A stretch of DNA of 64,000 nt from Eledone cirrhosa (GCA_964016885.1 OZ024749.1:6758001-6822000), one strand, 5' to 3'; numbered from the stretch's first letter, positions 23,445 to 37,414 are shown. Notes: generated by a model from the letters alone, not told the origin. A program made the numbers and translations.

Positions 23445-23915
23445 CATCACTATTATCAACATCATCACCACTATTATCAACATCATCACCACCACCATCA
23501 ACAACATCACCATCATCACCATCACCATCACCACCATCACCACCATCATCACCACTATTATCAACAACATCATCACCGTCATCATCATCATCAATGTCAC
23601 CAATCTCATCAACAATGCCAGAATCAATGAAATCTTCATTGTTATTCAGTCTCCCTCCTCCCCTACGGGTTTGACACTACCACCACCACTGCAACCACTA
23701 CTGCGACCACCACCATCATCATCATCACAATCACCATCATCATCACTACCACCACCACCCATCACCTGTATTGTCATTGTCATCACTATGATCAAAACCA
23801 TCATCACCACCACCACCATCACTAACCATCACTAACATCCCCATCACTACCATCACCATCACTACCATCACCACCACTACCATCACCATCACTACCACCA
23901 CCATCAACACCACCA
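23360..23915. repeat. (CAT)/(CAC) trinucleotide low-complexity tract
   Basis: Direct reading. Confidence 0.85.
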
Positions 23916-24606
23916 AGACCAATCCAGTTGTGTAAACAGCTTAGCATCTTAACAGCAAGTGTCACACTCAACATTCTCAATTGACCGCAGGGAAGAAACA
24001 TTTGTTTTTCTCTTGAATCTCTGTCCATCTCCTCTAGAGCTTTCATGTCAGTCACTGCTGTCTTCCAACTGCCAGTAGAAGGTCAAATTCACACCCTTGA
24101 AAATCCTATAAAATGCCCCCTCATCTAACTACTCAGCATATATAAAAGAAAGCATCAGTCCAGCATATATAAAAGAAAGCATCAGTCCAGCATCAGTCCA
24201 GCATATATAAAAGAAAGCATCAGTCCAGCATCAGTCCAGCATATATAAAAGAAAGCATCAGTCCAACCTCCCCCTTTACCTTGTTATGTTTCCCAGATTT
24301 CACCCCAATCCATCCACCCACAACTAAAAAATAATTAAAAAATAAAAACAATTATAGAATTGGGCCATCTGAATTATTTCTCACATTCCACTTTACTTTT
24401 ACCTTTTTCTTCTTTGCCCACTTATTCTTGAGAGTGTTGTGGGAGCAGAGTCCTCCTCAAACACTCTTTCCAGTGGGTTCTGTGGGAAGCAACCTCCTCC
24501 AACTGATCCGGCTTGACCCCAAAGCAAGACCAGCCAAGCTCTTGGATGTTACCCACCTATCTTGCACGGGGTCTACCCATGGGTCTCTTGCCAGTTGGTT
24601 TGGCCT

Positions 24607-24824
24607 TTAATCCTTTAGTGTTCAAACCGGCCAAAATTCTCTACTCTTTCTGTTGAAACTGGCTGTAACTGGTTGCTCAAACTGATGTTAAGGTAATTTT
24701 TTCAAAATAAATACTTTCAAAATCTCATAGATTCGATATTATGTGAGATAATTATGTGAGGTAAAGCCTTTACCATTAAAATATAATAGTATATATAACA
24801 TAATGTGAATGTTAAAGGGTTTAA
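24607..24824. mobile_element. TTAA-type MITE
   Basis: Ends TTAAtcctttag...gttaaagggtttaa; body as in 29698-29902. Confidence 0.7.
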
Positions 24825-25019
24825 AATCAATCTGTCCAGCGATTCTTTTCTGAGACATTTTAACCTGATGCCAGTAGTATCGGAGCTGTGATCTCTCAAT
24901 TCTCGTTATGCAAATTAGTTTATAACCAAATTGTGTTTTATCCAACGTTGTAATATATTTGGTTTTTATTTTAATATTGTTGTGTAACTCCTCCAAGTTT
25001 ATATCTTAACTTTGATGAG

Positions 25020-25452
25020 AATTTTTTATCCTCTGCTTCCCTCCTAGCTAAGTATACTTGTCACCTAGCTTCCCTCCTGGTCTCTATGTAATGTACCCTG
25101 CTTCCCCCATTCTTCCATTCTTTCCATGCCTGTCTCTTGGCCTTACTGCCTCATCTACCTTATTGTTCCACCACCAAGTCACTCTCCTCCTGCCTGTGGT
25201 CTTACTCCAGCCACAGATCTCATCCGTCATCTTTAGTTAGTTAGTTTTTAGGGACTCCCAGTGCTCTTCTACATTGAATGTCTCTATCTGTTCTTCGTTA
25301 CTGTCATAGGCGTTGAGTAAAATATCTTTAAATCTGTTACTGGCTGAGGGGTCTTTCAGCTTCCAGATCTTTCTTCTCCAGGTTGGCTTCTGTTTCCAGG
25401 TTCGTCTAGTTCTGACCGTGAGGTCGCTGACAACTAAGTTATGTTGGGAGGT
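25020..25452 (-). pseudogene. RTE LINE fragment (endonuclease-RT linker)
   Basis: The reverse complement contains RVTWWWN and RRKIWKLKD, homologous to 38100-38520. Confidence 0.7.
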
Positions 25453-25854
25453 AATTATTATATAGAATCTTACTTCATTGAGAATCTTTAATAAACCGTA
25501 TCTCTACACATTATCTCATTTGCAGAATTGCATGTAAGATAAATAAAATTGGTTTGAATTCCATCTGAGTCCTTGGATTTATTATTTTTTTATGTCATCA
25601 TATATCAAGTGGTGTTGATAGGAAGAGCATCCAGCTGTAAAGAGCTTGTTAAACAAAGGGTTAAGTGGACCCTTCAATTTTGTCAAGGACACAACAACCT
25701 TTTTAGCGTTGGTGATCCAAATGGTAAATGTACCCAGTACATGCTGTAATGGGGTTGGCCATAAGAAGGTCAACCAGCCTTAGATAGCTTTCTAATTAAA
25801 GGGTTGAGAGGACAAGACAATCTCTCCAGTGCTGGTGTCAAGATAAAATGGAGA

Positions 25855-26468
25855 TTATGATGATGATGGTAGTGGTGATGAGTGATAGGGGTACAAAGGA
25901 TGATGCTGGGATGGGGATGAGCACAATGATGATAAGAGTGATGATGATGATAATGGTGGTGATCATGTTGATGATGATGATGGTGGTGGTGGTTGTGGTG
26001 ATGATTATGATAATGGTTGTGGTGATGATGATTACGATAATGGTTGTGGTGATGATGATGATAATGGTGGTAATCATGTTGATGATGATGATTATGATAA
26101 TGGTGATGATGATGACGATGATGGTAGTAATCATGTTGATGATTATGATAATGGTGATGATGATGACGATGATGGTAGTAATCATGTTGATGATTATGAT
26201 AATGGTGATGATGATGACGATGATGGTAGTAATCATGTTGATGATGATGATGATGATGATGGTAGTAATCATGTTGATGATGATGATGATGGTAGTAATC
26301 ATGTTGATGATGATGGTGATGATGATGATGACGATGATGGTAGTAATCATGTTGATGATGATGGTGATGATGATGATGATGACGATGATGGTAGTAATCA
26401 TGATGATGATGGTGATGATGATGATGATGACGATGATGGTAGTAATCATGTTGATGATGATGATGATA
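25855..26468. repeat. (GAT)-based compound tract with a recurring ggtagtaatcatgtt motif
   Basis: Direct reading; the poly-H/M/I ORFs are artefacts. Confidence 0.85.
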
Positions 26469-26756
26469 GCTAAGATGAGAAATCCTGCCATCCTCCTGTA
26501 CCACACACAATAAAACGTAATAAAAATGATTTCTAATTTAGGCACAAGACAAGCATTTTGTGAAGGGGGAAGTCGATTGCATTAGCCCCCAGTATTTTAC
26601 TGGTATATAATTTTATTGACTTTGAAAGGATAACAGGCAAAGTTGACTTCGGGTAAATTTGAACTCAGAATGTAATGGTCTTCAATGGGCTGGATCAAAT
26701 ACTGCTAGGTATTTGTCTAACTCTAGCAACTCTGCCCAACAACAGCCACAATATAA

Positions 26757-27500
26757 TACACCCAGTACACTCTGTAAATTGGTAGTGACAGTGTTATGAT
26801 AAAATACACCCAGTACACTCTGTAAATTGGTAGTGATAGTGTTATGATAAAATACACCCAGTACACTCTGTAAATTGGTAGTGATAGTGTCATGATAAAA
26901 TACACCCAGTACACTCTGTAAATTGGTAGTGATAGTGTCATGATAAAATACACCCAGTACACTCTGTAAATTGGTAGTGATAGTGTCATGATAAAATACA
27001 CCCAATACACCCTGTAAAGAGGTAGTGATAGTGTCATGATAAAATACACCCAGTACACCCTGTAAATTGGTAGTGATAGTGTCATGATAAAATACACCCA
27101 GTACACCCTGTAAATTGGTAGTGTTAGTGTCATGATAAAATACACCCAGTACACCCTGTAAAGTGGTAATGCTAGTGTCATGATAAAATACACCCAGTAC
27201 ACTCTGTAAAGAGGTAGTGCTAGTCTCATGATAAAATGCACCCAGTACACTCTGTAAAGAGGTAGTGCTAGTGTCATGATAAAATACACCCAGTACACTC
27301 TGTAAAGTAATAATGCTAGTGTCATGATAAGATACACCCAGTACACTCTGTAAAGTGGTAGTGTTGGTGTCATGATAACATACACCCGGTACACTCTGTA
27401 AAGAGGTAGTGCTAGTGTCATGATAAAATGCACCCAGTACACTCTGTAAAGAGGTAGTGATAGTGTCATGATAAAATACACCCAGTACACTCTGTAAAAG
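26757..27500 (+). repeat. 48-bp minisatellite (~15 units), SINE-module derived
   Basis: Unit tacacccagtacactctgtaaattggtagtgatagtgtcatgataaaa (starts at 26901 and 26949); followed by the retroposon tail ccaacccatgctagc. Confidence 0.95.
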
Positions 27501-27601
27501 CACCTGATGCCAAATATACAACATAGAACTACGACAAAGTTCCCCAACCTCTCCAGTCTCAGACTGCAATGACCCGATCCAACCCATGCTAGCTTGGACA
27601 T

Positions 27602-28675
27602 ATGATGACAATGATGATGATGATGATGGTGATGGTGATGATAATAACTATGATGATTATGATGATGGTGATGACAACTATGATGATGATGACGATGGTG
27701 ATGGTGATGACAACAATGATGGTGATGACAACAATGATGGTGATGACAACTATGATGGTGATGACAACTATGATGGTGATGACAACAATTATGGTGATGA
27801 CAACTATGATGGTGATGACGATGGTGATGGTGATGACAACAATGATGGTGATGACAACAATGATGGTGATGACAACTGTGATGGTGATGACAACTATGAT
27901 GGTGATGACAACTATGATGGTGATGACAACAATTATGGTGATGACAACTATGATGATGATGACGATGGTGATGGTGATGACAACAATGATGGTGATGACA
28001 ACAATGATGGTGATGACAACTGTGATGGTGATGACAACTATGATGGTGATGACAACTATGATGGTGATGACAACTGTGATGGTGATGACAATAATTATGG
28101 TGATGACAACTATGATGGTGATGACAACAATGATGGTCATGACAACAATGATGGTGATGACAACAACTATGATGGTGATGACAACAGTGATGGTGATGAC
28201 AACAATGATGGTGATGACAACTATGATGGTGATGACAACTGTGATGGTGATGACAATAATGATGGTGATGACAACAATGATGGTGATGACAATAATGATG
28301 GTGATGACAACAATTATGGTGATGACAACTGTGATGGTGATGACAACAATGATGGTGATGACAACTATGATGGTGATGACAATAATGATGGCGATGATGA
28401 CGACGATGGTGATGACAATAATGATGGTGATGACAACAACAATGATGGTGATGACAACAACTATGATGGTGATGACAACAACTATGATGGTGATGACAAC
28501 AACTATGATGGTGATGACAACAACTATGATGGTGATGACAACAACTATGATGGTGATGACAACAACTATGATGGTGATGACAACAACTATGATGGTGATG
28601 ACAACAATGATGGTGATGACAACTATGATGGTGATGACAACAATGATGGTGATGACAACTATTAAGGTGATGACA
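27602..28675 (+). repeat. 18/21-bp (gatggtgatgacaacwat) minisatellite grown from a (GAT)n tail
   Basis: Begins directly at the retroposon 3' tail; the D/G/N-rich ORF is an artefact. Confidence 0.9.
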
Positions 28676-28889
28676 AGTAAATTACAACATCAAACTGTTC
28701 AACTAGACATTTCTATTTATTTTAACCTCTTATAACTCCTTCAATAACAATTTACTTCCAGTTTTTTAAAAGATTTTTGGAAATATTTTTTTTTCCTTTC
28801 TTGAAATTTTATTTATTTTATTTATTGTTTGTTGAATTTTCTTTCAGGTTTCTTTTTCTGTGTTTGTTTTTGTTCGATGGGTAGGGAGA

Positions 28890-29232
28890 GGTAGTGTGTG
28901 TGTGTGTGGGGGGGGGGGGGGTTGTATGTATGTGGGCTTGTGTGTATGTGTATGTATGTGGGTTTGTGTGTATGTGTGTGTATGTGGGTGTGTGTATGTA
29001 TGTGGGTTTGTGTGTGTGTGTGTGTATATGTGGGTTTGTGTGTGTGTGTATATGTGGGTTTGTGTGTATGTGTGTGTATGTGGGTTTGTTTGTGTGTGTG
29101 TATGTATATGTAGGTATTTATGTGTGTGTGTATGTGTGTGTGTGGGTATGTGTGTGTGTGTGTATATGTGTGTTATGTGTATGGAGGTACGTGTATGCAT
29201 GTGTATGTGTGTATGTTTGCATGTGTATGTGG

Positions 29233-29298
<66 letters not shown>

Positions 29299-29365
29299 AG
29301 GTGTATGTATGTGTGTGTGGGAATGTGTGTGTGTGGGCATATGGGTGTTGGTATGTGTGTACAAT
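28890..29365. repeat. (GT)/(TA) compound microsatellite
   Basis: Direct reading. Confidence 0.85.
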
Positions 29366-29697
29366 ATTTATTAAAATGATGTATTGTCTCTTAATTAATT
29401 TTTAGATGAGTTATATTTCAAAATTAAACTTTCAAATTTCATTAACGAAATTATTTCCAATATCAAACCAAACTATTTGATGGCCTCCCAAACATATATT
29501 CATAATTTCTACCAACTACAACGAACAACAATATCTTTTAAAATAAAATAAAAGAAAAATTAATATCAAATAAATAATAGGATTTTTTTTTATTTTCAAA
29601 TTTATTTCTGATATTTATAGGATGTGCCCTGCGTGTTTAAAGAGTTCACTTCAGAAGAACAGTACCCCTGGTTCAATCAGCATGCCTGACACTTTGC

Positions 29698-29902
29698 TTA
29701 ACCCTTCAGCAGATTCTTTCACCTCTTTCTGTTCAAACCAGCTGTAACCAGCCACTCATTCTGATGTCAAGCTATTGTTCTCAAAATGAATAATATCAAA
29801 ATATCATAGATTCGATATTATGTGAGATAATGATATGAGATAAAGTGTTTACCATGAAAATACAATAGTAAATATAGAACAATGTAAATGCTAAAGGGTT
29901 AA
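29698..29902. mobile_element. Complete TTAA-type (piggyBac-like) MITE
   Basis: TTAA|CCCTTCAGCA ... TGCTAAAGGG|TTAA (TIR with 1 mismatch). Confidence 0.85.
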
Positions 29903-29941
29903 GTTGTTTCTTATTATGACTTCTAGTTGCCCACAAATGCT

Positions 29942-29943
<2 letters not shown>

Positions 29944-29988
<45 letters not shown>

Positions 29989-30368
29989 TTTACGTCCGCT
30001 TTTCCCTGCTTGTTAGGGTGGGACGGGAACTGATTCTGGCATGATTTCTACAGCTGGATGCCCTTCCTAACACCAACCTCATTTACAGTGAGTGCTGTGT
30101 GCTTTTTTCCATGACGCCTACACGTCCACTGTACAGTGACGGCTGCATGCTTTTTTGCTGTGGCACCTCCATGACCACTTTGCAGTGGAATGATATGGAC
30201 CCCAGTCCCTATCATCTCATTTCTACAGCTGAGTAAACTGGAACAATGTGAAATAAAGTGTCTTGCTCAAGGAAACAACAATCACCCGGTCTGAGAATTG
30301 AACTCACACCCTTTCGATTGCAAGCCCAATGCTCTAACCACTAAGCCATGTACCTCCATATGGGAGAT
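29944..30368 (-). mobile_element. SINE family A with a 7-bp TSD
   Basis: ATGCTTT at 29937-29943 and 30369-30375; long (GAT)n tail; A and B boxes. Confidence 0.85.
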
Positions 30369-30933
30369 ATGCTTTGTGAATGAGATTTACTAGCAGGTGA
30401 AACCTTGCAGAAGACCACTGGATGTATATGTCAATTACCCTTGACATAATATCATGGTTATCCAGTATACAAGAGAGATATGTAGTTCTCTTCCAAAACG
30501 TATCCTCAACCTGGAAACCTAGATGGAACGCTTGTAACACTGTAGATATGGCTAAAGGACCAAAACCCAGATGGTGATGATGGGGTTAAATCAGGTGACA
30601 TGGTGGCAAGGAGGACACATGGCTCCCAAGACCAACAATATTGAAGACTTTACTAAACACTCTCCCTAAAGCCAGATGGTGTTGGTGGTGGTGCAGCTGC
30701 TGTTGGGTGTGGATTAGCAGTGGTGGTGGTGCTGGGAGTGTGTATGGATTAACAGTGGTGGTGGTGGTGGTGCTGGGAGTGGGTGTGGATTAACAATGGT
30801 GGTGGTGGTGGTTGTGTTAAATCAAGCAACATGTAGACATAGGGGACACCTCATCACAACACCTGCAATATTGAGGACTCTAAAAATGACACTCAGAAGA
30901 CACTTGGTGGAGGTGGCAGTGGTGTTGGTGGTG

Positions 30934-31942
30934 TTAACCCTTTAATGTTCAAACTGGCCAGAATTTTCTACCTCTTTCTGTTGAAACTGGCTGTAACTGG
31001 TCACTCAAACTGATGTTAAGGTATTGTTCTCAAAATAAATACTTTCAAAATCTCATAGATTCGATATTATGTGAGATAATTATGTGAGGTAAAGCCTTTA
31101 CCATGAAAATACAATGGTATATATAGAGTATTGTGAATGTTATGTGAGGTAAAGCCTTTACCATGAAAATATAATAATATATATAGAGTAATGTGAATGT
31201 TATGTGAGATAATTATGTGAGGTAAAGCCTTTACCATGAAAATACAATGGTATATATAGAGTAATGTGAATGTTATGTGAGGTAAAGCCTTTACCATGAA
31301 AATATAATAATATATATAGAGTAATGTGAATGTTATGTGAGATAATTATGTGAGGTAAAGCCTTTACCATGAAAATACAATGGTATATATAGAGTAATGT
31401 GAATGTTATGTGAGGTAAAGCCTTTACCATGAAAATATAATAATATATATAGAGTAATGTGAATGTTATGTGAGATAATTATGTGAGGTAAAGCCTTTAC
31501 CATGAAAATACAATGGTATATATAGAGTAATGTGAATGTTATGTGAGGTAAAGCCTTTACCATGAAAATATAATAATATATATAGAGTAATGTGAATGTT
31601 ATGTGAGATAATTATGTGAGGTAAAGCCTTTACCATGAAAATACAATGGTATATATAGAGTAATGTGAATGTTATGTGAGGTAAAGCCTTTACCATGAAA
31701 ATATAATAATATATATAGAGTAATGTGAATGTTATGTGAGATAATTATGTGAGGTAAAGCCTTTACCATGAAAATACAATGGTATATATAGAGTAATGTG
31801 AATGTTATGTGAGGTAAAGCCTTTACCATGAAAATATAATAATATATATAGAGTAATGTGAATGTTTTGTGAAATAATTATGTGAGGTAAAGCATTTACC
31901 ATGAAAATATAATAGTATATATAGAGTAATGTGAATGCTAAA
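30934..31942. repeat. TTAA MITE whose distal part is amplified as a 133-bp (60+73) higher-order array
   Basis: Starts TTAACCCTTT; alternating caatgg and taataa subunits; identical ORFs recur every 133 bp. Confidence 0.92.
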
Positions 31943-32097
31943 CCAGTTACTGTGCATACATAGAGGACATCAGACCCATATACTTGGTTCCACAAAAGCC
32001 GTGGAGTGGTGGGAGTGTGTCTGGAGTGGCAGTAGCAGTGGTAGTAGTGGTTTCAAACCCAGCAGCCAATCAAGTTTACCACCTCAAGGTAGCCACA

Positions 32098-32690
32098 ACA
32101 GGATTTGAACTCAGGACAAATACAGCTTGACCTCCTGTCTGACCCTCTGTGTGACACTAGTAATTTGGCCTGTCCTCCACCATAGACTGGTACTTCACTG
32201 ATTGACCCATGGACAGATAAAAGACACAGTTGACCTCAGCAGGATTTGAACTCAGGTCAAATACAGCTTGACCTCCTGTCTGACCCTCTGTCTGACACTA
32301 GTAATTTGGCCTGTCCACCACCATAGACTGGTACTTCACTGATTGAGCCAGGGACAGATAAAAGACACAGTTGACCTCAGCAGGATTTGAACTGAGCACA
32401 AATACAGCTTGACCTCCTGTCTGACCCTCTGTCTGACACTAATAATTTGGCCTGTCCACCACCATAGACTGGTACTTCACTGATTGAGCCAGGGACAGAT
32501 AAAAGACAGTTGACCTCAGCAGGATTTGAACTCAGGACAAATACAGCTTGACCTCCTGTCTGACCCTCTGTCTGACCCTCTGTCTGACACTAATAATTTG
32601 GCCTGTCCACCACCATAGACTGGTACTTCACTGATTGACCCATGGACAGATAAAAGACACAGTTGACCTCAGCAGGATTTGAACTCAGAA
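32098..32690. repeat. ~141-bp tandem repeat (~4 units) built on SINE family C sequence
   Basis: ggatttgaact at 32101, 32242, 32383, 32522 and 32675. Confidence 0.9.
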
Positions 32691-32794
32691 TATAAAGTTA
32701 CCAAAAGAAATACTATAAAGCATTTCACCTGAAGGTCTAAATTTCGGTCTATATGATGATAGAAGACAGTGACCTCGTTATTTATAACTGGTTC

Positions 32795-33260
32795 TACTTT
32801 AGGCACAAGGCCAGCAATGTTAAGGGGAGGGGAAAGTTGACTAAATCAACCCCAGTACATTACTGGTACTTTATTTCATCGCCCCTGTGAGGATGAAAGG
32901 CAAAGCTAACCTCGGCGGGATTTGAAATCAGAACATAGAAGGCCGTAACTCTCCACCACAAAGCAAGGTGTCCGACGCTCTATCGATTCTGCTACTAACA
33001 TCATCACCGCCGCCGCCGCCGTCGCCGTCGTCGCCGTCGTCGTCATCATCATCAAGAACAATAACTGTCAAATTGTTTCTACTTTTGGCACAAGGCCAGC
33101 AATTATCCAGTGTATTACTGGTACTTTATTTTATCGACCCCGTAAGGATGAAAGGCAAAGTTAACCTTGGCGGGATTTGAACTCAGAATGGCAAGGGCCG
33201 TAACTCTATGCGTCAAAGTATGGCGTCTGACCCTCTACCGATACTGCCAATCCACCGCCC
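32795..33260 (-). mobile_element. Two adjacent SINE family C copies
   Basis: ggcacaaggccagcaat...ctggtactttat...aggatgaaaggcaaag...ggatttgaa occurs twice. Confidence 0.8.
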
Positions 33261-33883
33261 CTTTATTGCCACAACAAAAACCTCCACCATTAATCACAAC
33301 ACATCCAACACCACCGCCACCACCACTATCACCACCACCACCACTACTACTCCCCATACCCCCCATCTCCCTCCCACCACCAACACCACCACTTACAATA
33401 ATAACAATCACCAACAAGAAAACTAATCAACATGATAGCGTAAAGTTGTATGACAGTATATATGAACTACACCCAACCCCACCCCACCCACACACCCCAC
33501 CACCAACAACACCACCATGGCCACCACCACCACCACCATAACAGAGTGTAAAACTGTCTGACAATATACATGAACTACCATTGCTGAAGGCACTAAGCTA
33601 TTTAGCCTGTTCCTGCTTGTTAGAGGGAGATTATATTTGGCAATGATATTAAGATAAACACATGCTTTAATGTAAAGCCACTCCAATCGTGGTAGTCCAG
33701 GATGGAATATGTTTACCAAAAAGGCAGTCCTGTTATCAAAAGGATAATTTTAGGAAATATTATTGACTAACATCAAAATGGAACAGTGTGATAGGAATAT
33801 TGGAACAAAATTACCTTTGAAGAATAGATTAAGAAAGGTTAGGAAATTTGCTATGATTGTATGTAAGAAGAAGATTAAAAAAC

Positions 33884-34180
33884 TTAACTGACTACAAATA
33901 TAATCAGGGATTAATACGTTCCTGTCCATTTTTTCTCTGATATATTTATGACCATATTTCAATGAAAACAATTTGTGAAGTGAATTTGTTTCACCGAGGA
34001 GAGCTAATAAGGTTGAAACATGCCTGATGCTTTAACTGACTACAAATATAATCTGGGCATAATAATTTCCTGTCCATTTTTCCTCTGATATATTTGTGAC
34101 TGTATTTCAGTGAAACCAATTTGTGAAGTGAATTTATTTCAATGAGGAGAGCTAATATGATTGAAACATGTCTGTTGTTT
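33884..34180 (+). repeat. 148-bp tandem duplication, each unit with a decayed hammerhead-like core
   Basis: CCGAGGA...GAAACATGCC (33994-34024) and ATGAGGA...GAAACATGTC (34142-34172). Confidence 0.6.
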
Positions 34181-34419
34181 TAACAAATTTGGCACATAGA
34201 GCCAAGTTTCACATCTGCTGCATTGTCTAAAAATGTTTTAAAAAAATTAAAAAACAGATTAGCTCAGTTTACAGAAATTGTCTCCCTTGATTACTTCTCA
34301 TAATCTAAACCCCTTAAGAGGGAATTTCAGTCATATAGATTGTGAGGATAGTATTAGTTAGTTGGAACGTTTTTATACTCAACATTTTCAGTACCTTGCA
34401 TAGTCAATCAGGTAATAGA

Positions 34420-34730
34420 GGATGGAGTCATACCCAATAACTGGCAGAGCAGTATAATCATAAATTGCTTCAAGGGCAAGAAGAAAGGGGCAACTACAGA
34501 GGAATAAAACTAATGACCAAGTTAAGAAAGGGATGAAAAGGGTTATAGTACAACTAATTAGGGAAAGAGTCAAATTAGGTAAGATGCAGTTAGGTTTCAT
34601 CCCTGTGAAAAGTACTCCAAATGCCCTCTTCTTGGTGAGGCAACCTCAAAAGATGTTCCTAGCCATATTTAGCTTTTGTTGATCTAGAAAAGGCTTTGAC
34701 AGGGCACCTCAATCTATTATCTCGTGGAAA
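34420..34730 (+). pseudogene. Decayed RTE reverse transcriptase fragment
   Basis: NYRGIKL, MQLGF and LAFVDLEKA are homologous to 38940-39260. Confidence 0.75.
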
Positions 34731-34859
34731 CTACATGTAAGAGCAGAGCAAGCCATTAAAATTGTGGACGTTTCTGGTAATTGTTGCTTTTGATTTAGCC
34801 AGCTGTTTTAGTACACATCCAAACTTATGGTCCTGTTTGTGGGGAATAAGTTCGTAAAA

Positions 34860-35075
34860 GACAACACCCATTCCAATCCCACCAAATTGAAAGCATAATC
34901 TTCTTTGGGTGAAGTCCTGCTTTGGAGGTTGTTTCTGGTGGTTCTTGGCACTACCCCCATGATTGTGTTCACTTCACATTCTTATAAACTATCCATTTTT
35001 CATCTCCAGTTACCCTTTTCTTCAAAAAGGGATAATTTTCTTCACATTTAAGCAAGGAAACACAGATCAAAATCC
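34860..35075 (-). pseudogene. Mariner transposase fragment
   Basis: PFLKKRVTGDEKWIVYKN contains the mariner first-Asp motif. Confidence 0.7.
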
Positions 35076-35309
35076 CTTGGGTGGGGTTGACTTCATTAAA
35101 ATTACTAGCAGAAAAACCACCCTTCGGGTGGTTTTCTGCTAGCATGTGTAGTGTGCATATTGATATTATATGCAAGTATATATACATGTAGATATGATAC
35201 ATCAAATAAAATCGTAATTGACAATATACACAGAAATTGAAGAGAGTCTGTGTTATACAGTCTTATGTATTCAGTAACGCAATCCATGATACATTTAAAA
35301 AAGACGATA

Positions 35310-36721
35310 TCTATACTACAAAGCTGATGACCGTATGTATGTAATAAACTTTTCGCCAAATGGCTGGACCAAACAGCACCAAATTTGCACCATAGATGTA
35401 ACTTTTTCCAAGTAAAAAAGTGAGGGTATTTTTGTCTACTGAATTTTGTTAAAAGATTAAAGACATTATTTAAATATTCACTTCTTTAAAATTTCAAATG
35501 TCAACACTTCCGGTTATACGACATTCCTCACCTTTTCTAATAACGTCGCACAACATTTCCGTCTTTTTCTTAGTCTGTCTTTTTAGATAGATACATAGCT
35601 ATAACGTAGCGCCCTTATAATATGTCTCTGTATGTCTGGCTGTCTGTATTAGATAACGTTTTTCGAAATATTTACTTCTGTGTTCACAGATTGATTTTTT
35701 TTAGTTTCAGAAGATCCCGTTAAGGGTGAAAGCCTTTGCTTAAACTTTGTTATTTTAATATATATATTCATGTACAGATATTTTTGCAAACACAAAAACA
35801 AAAACCTATTTATTTCACGAAAGTACAGACGGTTTATCGTCAATGTTACTGTTCGAGGTTAGAGGACCACAGTCTTTCCAAGATCTGAGAACCATCAATG
35901 GCCATCAATGTTCCACTTACTGTTTGGCTTGCCAGATGCGTGGTATATTACACAATGACAGCCATTGGCACCTCACCCTGCAATAAGCAGCAGCTGCTAA
36001 AGTCCCTTCTCAGCTGCAAAAACCTTTTGCTATGATGCTGCACAACTGTGATCTCGCCGACCCTCTCGCACTGTGGAACAATCACCGAGAAAGTCTAACT
36101 GAGGACATCCTCCACTACACACAGACACAATCTGAATGTAACATACGATGTCGTTTTCAATGAAGTGCTCATTTGTCTTGAAAACAGAGTCCTGGAGATT
36201 GGTGGTAGGCCTCTAAGTCACTACAGCTTACCTGCTCCTGACAAGAGTGTCCAGAGTTCAATGTCTACAGAGCTTCTCCGCGAGACAAGCTACGAGATCA
36301 GTGCCTCTCCCATGGTCAATTGTATGTAGGATGCTCTAGGGTGAGCTCGCCAAACAATCTCTTCATCTTTGCTCCGGAGGGCCGAACAAAAAATATTGTA
36401 TACTCTGAGGCTCTAACAATATAATTTAAATATTTTCTGTTACTTGGAATTTCCATTATGATTGTACAAATTATTGTTTGTTAAAAATGTGTTCTCTGTT
36501 CAGCCTTTATTGTTGTAACTATCAATTTCCTTTAAAGTACTGGCTGCTGAACTGGGGAATCCTAAAAACTATTCAAACCCAACATCAGAGCACATTAACC
36601 CCACCCAACCTCACAGACTTGAGAGGGTGTCCAGTATCTTTGCACTGGAGTGGAGGGGGGATTACTGAAAAGATAAAATGCCGGTATACCTAGCTGGGTG
36701 CCAGACGGATGGGCCAGCTAG
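35310..36721 (+). mobile_element. Internally deleted Helitron with RepHel coding remnants (35843-36424)
   Basis: Encodes LLFEVRGPQSFQDLRTING, ACQMRGILHNDSHW and PLALWNNHRESLTED, then Pif1 helicase motif SHGQLYVGCSRV...TKNIVYSEAL*. The 5' end TCtatact is tentative; the 3' end is CTAG|T. Confidence 0.8.
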
Positions 36722-37024
36722 TTATATATAAACTGCATTAGGAGAAAATTAGTGACGGAAATATATGAATGTTTATTTAAGCGATCGCTAACCGGAAGTG
36801 TTGATATTTGAAAATTTTAAAAAAGTGAATCTTTAAATAAACAACAAAATTATTTACATTTAATCAAGAATACTGAAATTTAGTAGATGAATTATGTAAT
36901 ATTCATTCATTATTTATTCAAAGTAATCCAACTTATTTTACAAACGGGATAAAAAAAATATATTCTGGACACAGTCCCGCACTCCTTACTTTATTATAGT
37001 TTAGATGGGGAACCCAAACATCGA

Positions 37025-37410
37025 GCCTGCTGATGTAACCAAGTTTATACAGGATGGTTTTCAACACTTAATTTGGATGTAAGCCCCACTCGGTCACGAA
37101 TGGCCATGATTTCGCACCTAGAAAGTTTCCCTCCGAGGCACAAGTCTGGGCAAGGTTTGTTTTGTGGAAGACCAATAGTCCCACATACATACCAGTCTGC
37201 CCTTGCCACACCACCGATCTTGTCCAAGGGAAAGGCAATGACCAATACAGCTTGGCACTAGTGACGTCGCAACTCCTTTCTACAGCTGAGTGAACTGGAG
37301 CAACTTGAAATAAAGTGTCTTGCTTAAGGACACAACGCATCACCCGGTTCGAGAATCAAACTCTCAACCTCTCAATTACAAAGCCAATGTTCTAACCACT
37401 AAGCTATGCA
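37025..37410 (-). mobile_element. tRNA-headed CORE-like SINE with a different 3' body
   Basis: Shares head and core with family A (acagctgagtgaactggagcaac...taaccactaagc); the downstream part differs. Confidence 0.65.
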
Positions 37411-37414
37411 CCTT

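Noticed and set aside
27586-28665. 359-aa Asp/Gly/Asn-rich ORF resembling a biomineralisation protein
   Set aside because: It is a (GAT)-derived tandem repeat starting at a retroposon tail, open in several frames, with no signal peptide or splice evidence.
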